The position numbers and the translations under genes were made by a program. A stretch of 64,000 nt of DNA from an uncultured Gemmatimonadales bacterium (lineage in GTDB: Bacteria > Gemmatimonadota > Gemmatimonadetes > Longimicrobiales > Gaopeijiaceae), in contig CAWELD010000010.1 of assembly GCA_963809895.1 (NCBI GenBank), forward strand, positions 1-64,000, in the 5' to 3' direction. The notes under the pieces were generated by a model. That model saw only the letters and a list, made by a program, of their open reading frames with translations. It ran no database searches and had not been told where the DNA came from. Below, piece by piece: positions 1 to 10,900 of this stretch. How positions within the stretch are numbered: position 1 is the stretch's first letter; the number at the start of each line of letters is the position of its first letter.

Positions 1-110
1 TCTGGGGCTTGGCGAGCGCGGGGCGTGGGCCTGGGTGATCGGGCGGGCGCAATGTAGGCGCGGCGGGTGCGAGTCGCGAGCCTGTGTGCGCGGATTGGGA
101 TGCAGGGCCC

Positions 111-603
111 ACCCGTTCGTTGTTCATGAACGGTGAACGCCGCCCTGTTGGGTCCGCCCTTGCCGTGCACCGGCTCAGCCCGATCTTTGCCCGATGACCT
201 CCGACGAATTCCGCGCCCGTATCGCCGACCTTTCCATCTGGAAGCGGAGTGGGCAGCGTGCGCCCCACAAGCCGCTGCTGCTTCTATGGGCGTTGGGCCG
301 GCTCACGCGCGGGGAGCCCCGACTCGTCCCGTATTCGACGGTCGACGCCGAGCTCAAGCCCCTGTTGCAGGAGTTCGGCCCACCGAGGAAGAGCTACCAC
401 ACCGAGTATCCCTTCTGGTACCTGAGGAACGACGGGCTCTGGGAGGTGACCGGTGTGGAGGGCGCCCGAGTGCGGGAAGGAAAGGCGTCCGAGCCCACGA
501 AACGCGAGTTGGTCCGGCTCGATGCCGAGGGCGGACTCACTGCGGACACCTGGGAGCTGTTGAAGGCGAATCCGGCGCTCGTACGAGATGCGGCGGTGAC
601 GCT
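111..603 (+). repeat. ~490-bp direct repeat of 21939-22431 (palindrome, upstream region and 5' part of the SBD-HNH gene)
   Basis: Direct comparison: both copies start ACCCGTTCGTTGTTCATGAAC and share the coding sequence, with mostly synonymous changes. Confidence 0.95.
114..139. repeat. 26-bp imperfect palindrome, copy 1 (CGTTCGTTGTTCATGAACGGTGAACG)
   Basis: Related copies at 20037-20062 and 21942-21967; invariant palindromic core GTTCATGAAC. Confidence 0.85.
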
Positions 604-886
604 TACCATGCAGACTGACCCGGCGCGTGCCCCAGAGGACACGTCCGAGACATCCGCTTCAACGGGCGAAACGAGCGCGGCGCTCAAGAAGAACAGTCCA
701 ACGATCGAGAGCGCACCCAGCATCCGAATCCGGGACATACATACGCTACCGCATGGACGCCTGGCACGGTCGGACACGTCGTCGCGCCAACTCATATCCT
801 GCACTCAAACCGTTGCGGTGGGAAAGCCGAAATCGGACACCCACAGAGAAGATCGGTCGCGATGTCACCAGCCATTCACGGCGTGA
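194..886 (+). pseudogene. Truncated SBD-HNH restriction endonuclease (sulfur-binding domain only; homology ends ~603, remainder is read-through)
   Basis: PHKPLLLL and YPFWYL motifs of the ScoMcrA-like sulfur-binding domain. Near-identical to 22022-22430 up to GCGGT(G/C)ACGCT, then diverges and lacks the HNH domain. Confidence 0.85.
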
Positions 887-1682
887 CATCCGGGAGCGCC
901 GCCACGAACGATTTCGCGGTGGAGACAAATCCCTCCGCAGGGTGATCGCCTGACCAGAACGACCCGGTGAGCCTCTCGTACTCGCTTCGTAAGGCGCTGG
1001 TGTTCCGAAATCCAGCCAGATGCGCCACATCTCTAGGGCTTCCCCCACTCTTGTCGATCAGCAACGTCGCCCGCAGGAGCCGGCCCCACATCAATAGAAC
1101 ATGAGGATTGAGGTCCGGAACGTCATCGAACCAGCGACGCAGCGTCCGAGTTGTCACCTGGAGACCCGCCGCCATGGCTGCGACCGACTTGTGCCCGAGC
1201 CCGTTTCGTATCGCCCACTGAGCAGCCTGAGTCTGTTTCCAGGTGAGCCGGTTCCGTACCTCCATGAGCAGTGCATCCAACAGGCCAGCGCCGAGCACGC
1301 GCTCCAAGAGTTGTGAGAGCTCGGACGGCGAGTCGTCGGCCCCCAGCGTCACCACCTGCTCGACTCCGGCAGCGAGGAGACGACCGACATCACTCCCCAC
1401 CGCCCGAGGTGGTCGGCTCGAGCCAACACGGAAGTCGGCGTACGCGATGGTGCTGGCCGCTCTTGCGGCGAGGTCCCTCACGCGGGTCAAGTCGAGGCGG
1501 CCGCTCCAATAGGGATCGACTACGACAATGGCCAGAGGGACTTGGCGCGCCCCGACTTGCACCTCCTCCCAGGAGCCGGCCATCACGAGATCCCCGGCGA
1601 GGTGCCAGAGGTAGCTGGTACGATACGCCTTGGCGAGATTCCGACGAGCCCGATCGTGCCTCAGAAGAGCGGCAACCGCCAT
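876..1682 (-). CDS. AraC-family transcriptional regulator with N-terminal receiver-like region
   Basis: C-terminal double HTH (SVAAMAAGLQVTTRTLRRWF...DVAHLAGFRNTSALR); ATG at 1682 preceded by a GGAGGT RBS. Confidence 0.8.
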   Translation of the reverse strand: MAVAALLRHDRARRNLAKAYRTSYLWHLAGDLVMAGSWEEVQVGARQVPLAIVVVDPYWSGRLDLTRVRDLAARAASTIAYADFRVGSSRPPRAVGSDVGRLLAAGVEQVVTLGADDSPSELSQLLERVLGAGLLDALLMEVRNRLTWKQTQAAQWAIRNGLGHKSVAAMAAGLQVTTRTLRRWFDDVPDLNPHVLLMWGRLLRATLLIDKSGGSPRDVAHLAGFRNTSALRSEYERLTGSFWSGDHPAEGFVSTAKSFVAALPDVTP

Positions 1683-2145
1683 CTGCCCCCACCTCCACTC
1701 ACCGATCTGATGCCCAGAGGAGACACAATAACAATCTATGCGTAGCCCTTCCTCGTCGCAAGCCTCCAGTTCAATCACGCCCCACGTTGGCCGATGCCCT
1801 GGACCAGTCGGTGCCTTCGTCATACACGTCGGTACGGGCGAAGCGCGTATCCAGACCCAAGCTGATCTCGAACCCACAGCCCACCGGACCGATCGCGGCC
1901 GCGGGACCGTCGGCCTGTCGCTTGCGTCCGAAACCGTCTGTCACGGGTCCGATTTCGGCTTTCGACCGATGGAGCTCCAGTCACAATATACCCTCATACC
2001 AGGGAGCTACCCTGACGACGGCGGGTGGAGCGGCTGGCCACGATGCGGTTCTGTCGCAAGATCGAGGCGATGGGTGGTGAAGTCGGCCCCCTTCTTCTCG
2101 ATGCATCCGCTCGCCTCAGGCATATCCGTGAAATGGAGGCTGAAC

Positions 2146-3729
2146 ATGTCTTTCGGACGCCGGGTGACAGCCGTGCTACTCGTTGCCTTGGTGGCTGGCG
2201 CCTGCGGGGACCTCGAGCGCGAGACCATCACGGCGCCGCAACAGGTGACCAGCGAAGTCGAGAGCGCCCTCGCAAAGGCGGTCGGTCGCAAGGCCCAACA
2301 CTGGGCGGGGATGAGCCTTCAGGAGTTGACCGAGGCGGTCGCGGACGCGGGAGGCCGCGTGTTCATCGGGTTCAAGGACTCCATCGCCTCGGGAGGCGTT
2401 GATGGGCGCGGACGGGTGTTGGCCACTCCTCAGGCGGTCGCCATGGCGAAGCAACGGCTTCAGACCCTGGGAGTGGGAGTCCAGCATGAGTTCCGGCTCA
2501 TGCCGGTGGTCGTAGCCGAAGTGTCCGCCGCACAATTGGAGGCGCTGCAGCGAAATCCCCTGGTTGACTATGTCGAGCCGGTGGTCTCAGGATCGTTCAG
2601 TAGCCAGAGCACCCCCTGGGGGGTAGCACAGGTTCACGCCCCACAGACCTGGGCAACCACGACCGGCGGTGGTGTGAAGGTCGCGATCCTGGACTCGGGA
2701 GTCGACACCAACCACCCTGACCTTGGCGTGTCGGTAGCCTACCGCTGCAATGTCAGCGGCCCTACGGCCACGCCCCAGGACGTCCTCGGGCACGGTACAC
2801 ACGTGGCCGGAAGCATAGCGGCGCTCAACAACACGCGGGATGTGGTCGGCGTGGCCTATGGCGTGACCCTGCTCGCTGCGAATGTGTCGGAGAGTGACGC
2901 TCACCCCGAAAGGCCAGATGCTGCCGAATTGGCGTGTGCGCTCGAATGGGCTCGCTTGAACGGGGTAGACGTGGTCAACATGAGCCTGACCTTCCCGAAC
3001 GCCCAAACCGCCGTGACCGACCAGATCAACGCAGGTTACTACCAGGACGACGTGGTCTTCGTTGCCGCGGTCGGGAATACCGGCGGAAGCGTCAAATTCC
3101 CGGCCTCGCTATCGCAGACGATTGGTGTCACGGCAGTAGACCAGAGCCACCAACATCCCTCTTGGGCCAACACTGGGTCGCACGTCGACCTGTCCGCGCC
3201 GGGCGTGGGCATCCTCTCTACCGCTCTCGCGGGTGGTGATCTGTCGTACTGCGGTTCGACGAGTGCGAGCACCAGCACGTGCTCGGGCACATCCATGGCG
3301 ACGGCGCACGTCACCGGAGCGGCGGCGCTCCTTCGAGCGCGGTACCCAGGATGGAGCAACGGACAGATTGCCAATCGCCTGAAGGCGACGGCGGAAGATC
3401 TTGGTCCGTTGGGTGTTGACAACACCTTTGGGCATGGCTTCATCCAGGTGGATGATGCGGTCGCCATGACCGTCGTGATGAGTGGGGTCTTCACTGCGAG
3501 TCCCGGTTCCACGGAGACTTGGACGGTTTCGGTGGATGGCGGTCAGACGCCGTTAAGCTACAAATGGTATGTGGACGGAGCCCTTCAGAGTACCGCCAGC
3601 CAGCTCTCGCTCACGGTGCCGAGCGCCGACTTCAGTCTCTCGGTCGAGGTCACCGATGGCGCTGGTGGTCAGGCCGGCGACTCGAGAATGATCTTGGTCT
3701 GCAGCGGGGGGGGACAGTGCGGGGGATAG
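2146..3729 (+). CDS. S8 (subtilisin-like) serine peptidase, lipoprotein, with I9-like prodomain and C-terminal Ig/PKD-like domain
   Basis: Catalytic motifs ILDSG, GHGTHVAG, SGTSMA; lipobox LVAGAC; GGAGG RBS before ATG 2146. Confidence 0.92.
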   Translation: MSFGRRVTAVLLVALVAGACGDLERETITAPQQVTSEVESALAKAVGRKAQHWAGMSLQELTEAVADAGGRVFIGFKDSIASGGVDGRGRVLATPQAVAMAKQRLQTLGVGVQHEFRLMPVVVAEVSAAQLEALQRNPLVDYVEPVVSGSFSSQSTPWGVAQVHAPQTWATTTGGGVKVAILDSGVDTNHPDLGVSVAYRCNVSGPTATPQDVLGHGTHVAGSIAALNNTRDVVGVAYGVTLLAANVSESDAHPERPDAAELACALEWARLNGVDVVNMSLTFPNAQTAVTDQINAGYYQDDVVFVAAVGNTGGSVKFPASLSQTIGVTAVDQSHQHPSWANTGSHVDLSAPGVGILSTALAGGDLSYCGSTSASTSTCSGTSMATAHVTGAAALLRARYPGWSNGQIANRLKATAEDLGPLGVDNTFGHGFIQVDDAVAMTVVMSGVFTASPGSTETWTVSVDGGQTPLSYKWYVDGALQSTASQLSLTVPSADFSLSVEVTDGAGGQAGDSRMILVCSGGGQCGG

Positions 3730-5012
3730 TCGCTAACCATGTCTTGGACCTCGGGACCCGATTCTACGGATCCCTGGCAGAGATTCGGAGGTGGGGACTC
3801 GTGGTGGGGTTTGCGTTGGTGCTGGCGGCAGCGGCATGCTCGGACTCCATCACCGATCCCCACCTCGAGCCACTTGACGGTCCCAAGCTCGCGCTCAGTG
3901 GCCAGTTCACGTGCGCGATTCTCGACGACGATTCGGTGAACTGTTGGGGGGCGTGGGGCGGAGCGCCGGGATTCCCGCCCACCGAGCAGCCGCCGACGCG
4001 CCTTCCGCCGCTGCCCGATGGATCGCGGTTCGTGGGTCTCTATGCTGGTGCACTCCACACCTGCGGGCTCACGGGGGCCGGTGTCGCCTACTGCTGGGGC
4101 TGGAACACGTACGGCCAACTTGGCGACGGCACGACCCAGTTTCGCCTGGAGCCGACCCGGGTGGCCACGGACGAGGCGTTTGTGTCGCTGGCCACTGGCA
4201 GCTTCTCGACCTGCGGGCTCAACGCTCAGGGCAGGGTCTTCTGTTGGGGGAGGAACGACCTCGGCCAGTTGGGCCACGGCGTGTCCGGTGAGGGAGAACT
4301 CGACCCGACGCCCCGCCCGGTCTCCGGCTCGGCACGCTTCGAGCGCATTGCGGGAGGAGCCCCGTATTGTGCGTTGTCCGTAGATCACCAAGCGTTCTGC
4401 TGGGGTGGAGCGGCAGGGAGTTTCGAAGGAGGTGTCGTTGACGGCCGATGCGACGACGGGTTCTACATCCTCTACTCGACTGGGCCGTGTACGAGACCTA
4501 CGGCCGTTCGCGGCGCTCCCCGTTTCGCTGGGCTGGCGGTCGGTGGGGCCGCCTGTGGCTGGACGGAATCTGGCGAGGCCTGGTGTTGGGGCGAGGGTTG
4601 GACGGGTATTCTCGGGGTGGGAGAAGCGTACCCGTCGCTCGTGGCAGTCGAGCCGCGGCAAGTCGTCGGAGGGCTGGCGTTTGATGAGGTTGCCATGGGT
4701 GGTGGTTTTAGCTGCGGGCTCGCCGACGGCCAGGCCTATTGCTGGGGCGTCAACATGGCGGGCGAGCTTGGACGAGGCTATCTCGGATCGGACCCTGGCG
4801 ATACTCACTCGACGGTTGAACCGGGCCCTGTCCTATCTGAAGCGCCGTTCGTGCGGATCGTCGCCGGAGGTAGGCACAGTTGCGCTGTCGACGCGTCGGG
4901 AAGCGTCTGGTGTTGGGGGAACAACGCCCATGGCCAGCTCGGTCGGCCTTCATCGGAGGGCGCGTCCACCGTCCCGGTGAAGGTGGAAGGTGTGGTCGCC
5001 GCATCTTGGTGA
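3717..5012 (+). CDS. RCC1-repeat (BLIP-II-like) beta-propeller lipoprotein; start uncertain
   Basis: Repeated HTCGL...AYCWG.N..GQLG motifs; lipobox LAAAAC. Confidence 0.85.
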   Translation: MRGIVANHVLDLGTRFYGSLAEIRRWGLVVGFALVLAAAACSDSITDPHLEPLDGPKLALSGQFTCAILDDDSVNCWGAWGGAPGFPPTEQPPTRLPPLPDGSRFVGLYAGALHTCGLTGAGVAYCWGWNTYGQLGDGTTQFRLEPTRVATDEAFVSLATGSFSTCGLNAQGRVFCWGRNDLGQLGHGVSGEGELDPTPRPVSGSARFERIAGGAPYCALSVDHQAFCWGGAAGSFEGGVVDGRCDDGFYILYSTGPCTRPTAVRGAPRFAGLAVGGAACGWTESGEAWCWGEGWTGILGVGEAYPSLVAVEPRQVVGGLAFDEVAMGGGFSCGLADGQAYCWGVNMAGELGRGYLGSDPGDTHSTVEPGPVLSEAPFVRIVAGGRHSCAVDASGSVWCWGNNAHGQLGRPSSEGASTVPVKVEGVVAASW

Positions 5013-5199
5013 CTATCGCGAGGCCACATCGGGTGACATAGCACCGCAGGTATTGGGCGCCGCCCTCTTCTCAGGGAATCCTGTCGAGATAGCACCTCAC
5101 GGGCAGACTTGCTGAAAACTCGCGCACACCCCGAGTCCTTGCCGGAAGTGGTCGCTGCACTATGCGAAGATAGGTAGCCCGTTCCGAGAATCAGTAGAA

Positions 5200-5660
5200 T
5201 CAGTCGGTGCGTGGCGCCGAGGCCAGCTCCGCCTGAAGCTCCTGCGCCAGCGCCGGCTCCCCCGGCGCGTTCATGAGCAGCGCGCTGTCGGCCAGCGGCG
5301 TGACCGGGCGGCGGGTGGGCTCGGTCTCGCCCAGGCCCGAGCGGATGGGTCGAATCTCGAGGAGGCGTGAAGGGGAGGGGGTGTCGAGATGAGTTGGCCT
5401 TCGGCGAGGAGGTCGGCGTTGGTCTGGGTGAGGACGGCGCGGAGGTGCCGAACGAGGGCGGCGCGGTGCTCCGGGTGATGCACGCCGGCGAGCCCCACCC
5501 GCAGCGCGTCCGCGAAGAGGCGGCTGATGCGGTCCGGCACGTCCGCGGGATCCAGTCCCTCGACATCCGCCCGAAGTTCGGCGTCCAGCGCATCGATCAG
5601 GCGCTGGAGGCGCCGGTCGATGACGGTGTCGTAGAGGCCGATGGGGAAGGGGTGGGGCAT
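5200..5660 (-). pseudogene. 5' fragment of DUF3427-family PLD/DEAD-box helicase (frameshifted and truncated)
   Basis: GLYDTVIDRRL...LDPADVPDRISR, then in another frame RPVTPLADSALLMNAPGEPALAQELQAELASA, the typical N-terminus of this family. It stops immediately afterwards. Confidence 0.72.
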
Positions 5661-5668
5661 TCTTGGGG

Positions 5669-6634
5669 CTACTCCCGGGCGGCGCCGAGGGAGGAGTCTG
5701 CTCCCCCCACGCCCCCCACCAACGCCCGCACCTCCTCCGGCGCCGTCACCTCAGCTTCGCCGCCGTACGCCAACACGTGCCGCACGACCCACTCGGGATC
5801 GGCGATGCGGTGCTGGACCAGGAGGCTGCCGTCGTCCTGAGCCTCGCCCTCCGGTGCCCACTCCTCGATCCATCGGCGCACCACCGGGGAATACCGGATC
5901 GTGACGTCCATCTCCTCGTGCGCGTGGTAGACCCGGCCCTCCTGGAGGAAGGCATCCAGGTCCACGTCGTCGTCGGCGGGATCGAAGGTGCGGCTGAGCA
6001 GTTCGGCGTCGAGGATGCGGTCCAGGCGGAAGGCCCGGGCGCCCGCCGAGGTCTCGCACCATCCCACGACGTACCAGTGGCCCTCGGCGTGGACGACGGC
6101 GTGGGGTCGGATCGTACGCACCTCGGGCTCGGTCTCCGCCGGCTTCAGGTAGCGGATCCTGCAACACAGATGGTGGCGAGCGCCGTCCACCAGGACGTCT
6201 CGCATCCCGTCGGGATCGGGCGCGAGATCCCGGGCGTGGATCCCCCGCAGCGCCTCTTCCGAGATCGTGGCCGCTGCCAGGTGCGCCTCCACTCGCCGGA
6301 GTAGCGCCTCGGGAGCGCTCCGCCCCCGCTGCCGCAATCCCAGCGCGATGCAGAAGGCCTCGGCGGGACCGAGCTTCACCGGACGGCGGAAGGCGCCCGT
6401 GGTCCACACGCTCACGCGGTCCGCTTCGATGTGGATCTGGATGTCGTCTCCGGATCCGGCGGGATGGTAGTAGCTCCGCGACGTGACTTCGGTGAGGTCG
6501 TCGAGGATGGTGGCGCCGGACACTCCCAGCACCCGGGCCAGATCCTCGATCGCGGCCCCGCCGTCGACGGAGGCGGTGGGGAGGATGTAGAGAAGGCGCT
6601 CGAGCCGCTCTTCGGCGCGGACGCGCTCAGCCAT
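5669..6634 (-). CDS. WYL-domain transcriptional regulator, PafC-like (wHTH-WYL-WCX)
   Basis: ERLERLLYILP N-terminal HTH; RTIRPHAVVHAEGHWYVVGWC...RAFRLDRI; C-terminal WVVRHVLAYGGEAEVTAPEEVR. Confidence 0.92.
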   Translation of the reverse strand: MAERVRAEERLERLLYILPTASVDGGAAIEDLARVLGVSGATILDDLTEVTSRSYYHPAGSGDDIQIHIEADRVSVWTTGAFRRPVKLGPAEAFCIALGLRQRGRSAPEALLRRVEAHLAAATISEEALRGIHARDLAPDPDGMRDVLVDGARHHLCCRIRYLKPAETEPEVRTIRPHAVVHAEGHWYVVGWCETSAGARAFRLDRILDAELLSRTFDPADDDVDLDAFLQEGRVYHAHEEMDVTIRYSPVVRRWIEEWAPEGEAQDDGSLLVQHRIADPEWVVRHVLAYGGEAEVTAPEEVRALVGGVGGADSSLGAARE

Positions 6635-7751
6635 GGAGCGCCGCCACGCGCTGGAGCAGGTCCCGCCGCCGCTCCTCCAACTCCGGAGGGGATTCCACTC
6701 GGACCTCGCCCCGGAGCGTCAGCAGCCAGCGGAGGAAGGGATCCGGATCCCGTACGCGGAAGGCTCGACGCTGGCTCCCATCGTCTGCCTTCTCCACGAG
6801 CTCTCCGTGGTGGTTGCGGTCGGCCCACAGGGAGCGCGGAAAGTCGAAGTGGACCACGACCTCGAGCGGCTCCTCTTCGTCCTGACCCGGCAGCGCCCAC
6901 GGCGGTCGACCGGCCCAGCGGTCCAGGTCGAAGGACTCCGGCACCTCGTAGTCCGCGGTCTTGGCCCGCCGCGGGTTCACGGACACCTCCTTCATGCGCC
7001 CCACCCGGAACACGCGCTCGTCGCTCCGGTCCAGATCGTAGCCGACCAGGTACCACCACGAGTGCTGAAAGAGGAGTCCGTAGGGACGGACGCGGCGCTC
7101 GCTCTCGGAGTCCCGATGGATGGCGTAGTATCCGAACGCCACCTCCTTGCGCCGGAGCAGCGCGTCGGTCAGTGCGTGGAGACGGTCGCGGACGTCCGCG
7201 GATCCCGGGGGATCCAGGTAGCGGAGGGGAGCAGCGCCCGGGTCCTCGGAAACCACGGCCGGATCCAGGTCGAAGGTGAGCTTCCGGAGCGCCGAGCGTG
7301 CCTCGCGGCGGAAGGGGAAGCTGGGCAATTCGGCCACCCGCCTCAGCGCCTCCACCGCCGCTCGGGCCTCGTCCGGTCCGAGCTCGAACACCGGCGTGGC
7401 GCGCTGGCTCGCGGCAGGGGATCGATCCCCGGAGTCCGCATCCTGGTCCGAGATCAACCGCAGGTACGGCAAGTAGAAGTCTCGCGCGCGTAGCAGGTAT
7501 CCCTGGGCCTGCTCCACGCCGAAGTTGATGGTGTAGTCCACGGTCTCGATGGGGATCCCCAGGCCCCGGAGCTCGTTCTTGTCGCGCTCGAACTTCCGCC
7601 GCACGCTGGCCTGCGCGGTCTCGTCGGCGTCCGCCCAGTCCGCCGCGTAGGGCGGCACTCCCTGCATGATCTCCTCGAAGGTGACCGGCACCCGCCGCCC
7701 GGCCAGAAAGGCGATCAGATCGAGCCAGCGCTGGGTCTTGGTGGATGGCAT
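6627..7751 (-). CDS. WYL-domain transcriptional regulator, PafB-like (alternative start 7790)
   Basis: KTQRWLDLIAFL...RRKFERDKNELRGLGIPI (PafB-type HTH); RRVRPYGLLFQHSWWYLVG...RVFRVGRM. Overlaps the next gene by 8 bp. Confidence 0.92.
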   Translation of the reverse strand: MPSTKTQRWLDLIAFLAGRRVPVTFEEIMQGVPPYAADWADADETAQASVRRKFERDKNELRGLGIPIETVDYTINFGVEQAQGYLLRARDFYLPYLRLISDQDADSGDRSPAASQRATPVFELGPDEARAAVEALRRVAELPSFPFRREARSALRKLTFDLDPAVVSEDPGAAPLRYLDPPGSADVRDRLHALTDALLRRKEVAFGYYAIHRDSESERRVRPYGLLFQHSWWYLVGYDLDRSDERVFRVGRMKEVSVNPRRAKTADYEVPESFDLDRWAGRPPWALPGQDEEEPLEVVVHFDFPRSLWADRNHHGELVEKADDGSQRRAFRVRDPDPFLRWLLTLRGEVRVESPPELEERRRDLLQRVAALHG

Positions 7752-7917
7752 GGGCGGGGTGGTGTCAGGGTTGGGGGGTTGTGTCGTCATCGGCCGGAGG
7801 ATTCCTCCATGGAGCCTTGATCGTGCGGGGGCGGGTGGGCTGTTGGCAAGGGGAAGAGGCACCATCCCTTGCGTTCAGTCCGTCTCACGGACTTGCCGCG
7901 GTCCCACCCCTGGACTG

Positions 7918-7961
7918 GTCAGTGTCACACCTAACCCGTACCATGGTCCTGTGACACCGAC
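7918..7961 (+). promoter_or_regulatory. Inverted repeat GTCAGTGTCACA-N20-TGTGACACCGAC enclosing a PafBC-like promoter TGTCAC-N10-TACCAT
   Basis: 12-bp arms with 1 mismatch; TGTCAC at 7923-7928, TACCAT at 7939-7944; lies between the divergent WYL pair and the SNF2 gene. Confidence 0.65.
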
Positions 7962-7981
7962 AACCCGAATCCGAAGCCCCG

Positions 7982-10900
7982 ATGCCCGAGCCGCACTTCA
8001 GAATCCGAGATATGGTCCAGCGCCGATCCGATCGTTCTCAGGTCGGCAAGGTCGAAGGCATCCAGGGTCCCTTGTACGATGAGTACTGGTATGACATCCG
8101 GCTTCAGACTGGTCAACGCATTCAGGAGCCTGAGAGCGCCCTTGTGCGCTTTCAGGCCGGAGCGGATGTTCGCGGCTTGTTCGTCGAAGGAGGGTTCGGG
8201 GGCATCCAGGATCTGATCCGAAAGGCGACCTTTCACAAGCTGAGTGAGCCGCTCGAGAACACGCTCTACTCACTCGGGGCTTCCCGAACGCAGTTCTACC
8301 CACACCAGTACAAACCCCTCCTCAAGTTCCTCGAGTCGGAGCGGCAGCGATTGCTCATTGCCGATGAGGTGGGACTAGGGAAGACCATTGAAGCTGGTCT
8401 GGCGATGGTAGAACTGCGGGCGCGTCGACAACTCCAGAACGTGCTCGTGGTCTGTCCAGCGGCCCTGGTCGCGAAGTGGCGCGAGGAGATGTGGCAGAGA
8501 TTTGACGAGGATTTTAGCATCCTCTCCAGCCAGGAGTTTCGCGAACAAATGGACGCTCGCGGGACCCGGGCAGGCCTCAGCGAAGTGAAGGCCATCATCT
8601 CGCTCCAGAGCATCCGCCAGCGCGGCAATCGGGAGCTGATCGAGGCGTCCCCGCCCCAGATCGACCTGCTCATCGTGGATGAGGCGCACCACCTTCGGAA
8701 CCCTGAGACCCTCACGCACCGGACCGTGGACTCGCTCGCGGTAGGGGCCGCAGCGATTCTCTTCCTGACAGCTACGCCGATCCATCTTGGCAGCGAAAAT
8801 CTCTTCAACCTCCTCACGATCCTGGAGCCGGGACGGTTTGGTGACGTGGCCGCCTTCAACGAGCTCCTGGTTGCCAATGAGCCCATCGTGGAAGCTGAGC
8901 GGCTGGCGCGGCTTCGACCCATTCCCGCGGACGAGATCCTGGATCGGCTCCATTCGGCGGAGAACGGTCGCGGTTCGCGGTTCTTTGAAGGGAACTTCTT
9001 CCTCCGCGAGGCGGTCGCGCTACTTGAAGAGAGATCACCTCTCCAGTCGGAGGATCTCCTTCATCTCGAACGGCACCTCAAGGATCTGAACCTGCTCAGC
9101 GATGTCGTCACCCGTACTCGCAAGCGCGATGTATTTGAAGAACAGGCCGTCCGCACTCCGCGAGTGAAGACTGTGGTCCCCACTCCAGCGGAGGAAGAGT
9201 TCTACGCGGCTGTAACCGCGTTCATCCGGAGGCAGCACGGAGGCGGCTGGAGTTCATCTGCCATGCTCGCAGCGATCACGGCTCAGCGGCAGGTAGCATC
9301 ATGCATGCACGCCTCGAGAGGGAAGTTCCTCGATCAGGCCTATGAGGCGCTTGCGGATCCGGAAGAGTCGGATCTGGACCTGGAGGCGTGGTTCCTTCCA
9401 GACGACGCAAGGCAGTCTGTGAATCCGCCCGAGCGGGTCATTCAGGCGGCGAAGTCTCTCGGCGAGGATGACACCAAGTTCCAAGCGCTGATGGAGGAAT
9501 TGCGCCGGCTCGAAGAGGAGGAACCCGGGCGCAAGCTGCTCGTGTTCGCCTATTTCAAAGCCACGCTCCACTACTTGCACCGGAGACTGGAGGCGCAAGG
9601 CTTTCGATCGACATACATCGACGGCACGGTGCCCTCGGTACCGAATGATCCGGCGCGAGACGAACGCGGTCAGAGGATTCGGCGCTTTAGGGAGGACCCG
9701 GATCTGCAGATCTTGCTCTGTAGCGAGGTGGGTAGCGAGGGCTTGGACTTCCAGTTCTGTCACATTCTCATCAATTACGACCTGCCCTGGAATCCAATGC
9801 GGGTGGAGCAGCGCATCGGGCGTCTGGATCGATTGGGACAGAAGGCTGACCGCATCATCATCGTCAACCTCTCCATGGCAGGCACCATCGAGCACCGCAT
9901 CCTGGAGCGCCTGTACAAGCGCATCGGCATCTTCCGGCGTTCCCTCGGTGATCTGGAGGCGATTCTCGGTGAAGAGATTCAGACGCTGACGCGCGATCTT
10001 TTTTCACGTCATCTGACCCCTGCGGAGGAGGAAGCCCGCATCGAACAGGCGGCGCGAGTAATTGAAGCCAGGGGCCTCGAGTTGGAGCGCCTCGAGCGTG
10101 AGAGTGAGCAGTTCGTAGGCCGGGATGCGTTCTTCGACCAACAGCTACAGCGGGCTCGAGAAGGCGGAGAGGTGCTCGGCGGCTCCGACCTTCACTCGTT
10201 CCTTGAGGAGTTTCTCGAACAGCAGTATCCAAAGTCTGGCCTGCAAGAGAGCGGGACTACAGGAGTGTTCGAGCTTGAGGTCGGCACCGCACTGGACATG
10301 GCCCTTCGAGGCGTGCAGCGCTCGAAGCCGGTGATGCTCCGCATGCTACACCGGCTCGATCAGGGGCGAGGACGGCTGAGGGTGACCTTCGATTCGTCTT
10401 CGGCCTTCGCGGACCCGGGCCTGGAGTTGCTCGCCCCACATCATCCCGTGCTTCAACTGGCGGTCGAGCACTACAGGGGCCATGTCGAGCAGTTGCATCC
10501 GGTCGTGGCCCTGCGTATGCGCGCGGACGAAGTTGTCTCGCCCGGGGCCTACGTGTTGCTCGTCTACGACCTGACCATCTCATCTGGTCGCACGAGACAT
10601 CGACTCGAACCATATCTCCTTCGTGAGGATGGCGAGCCTTTGCCGGCCCACCAGACGTCACTGGCTTTTGGACGAATCATGCGAGAGGGCGATGACTGGG
10701 TGCCACCCGGTTGGGATGTGGGTGCCGCACGAGAGATCCTCGATGAGGCCGAGCGCCAATTCTTGCGCCGCACCGCCGGTGAGAAGCATGAGCTCCAGCA
10801 GCGACAGAGCGCGCTGGTACAGGCCAAGCTGACGAGCCTCCGCACGACCTACGAGCGACGGATGAGTCAAAAGCAGGATCTTCTGACGTCAGCAGTCGAG

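Noticed and set aside
5669..7751. Pup-proteasome (pafA-pafB-pafC) locus
   Set aside because: No pafA, pup or proteasome genes are adjacent; only the WYL pair is present.
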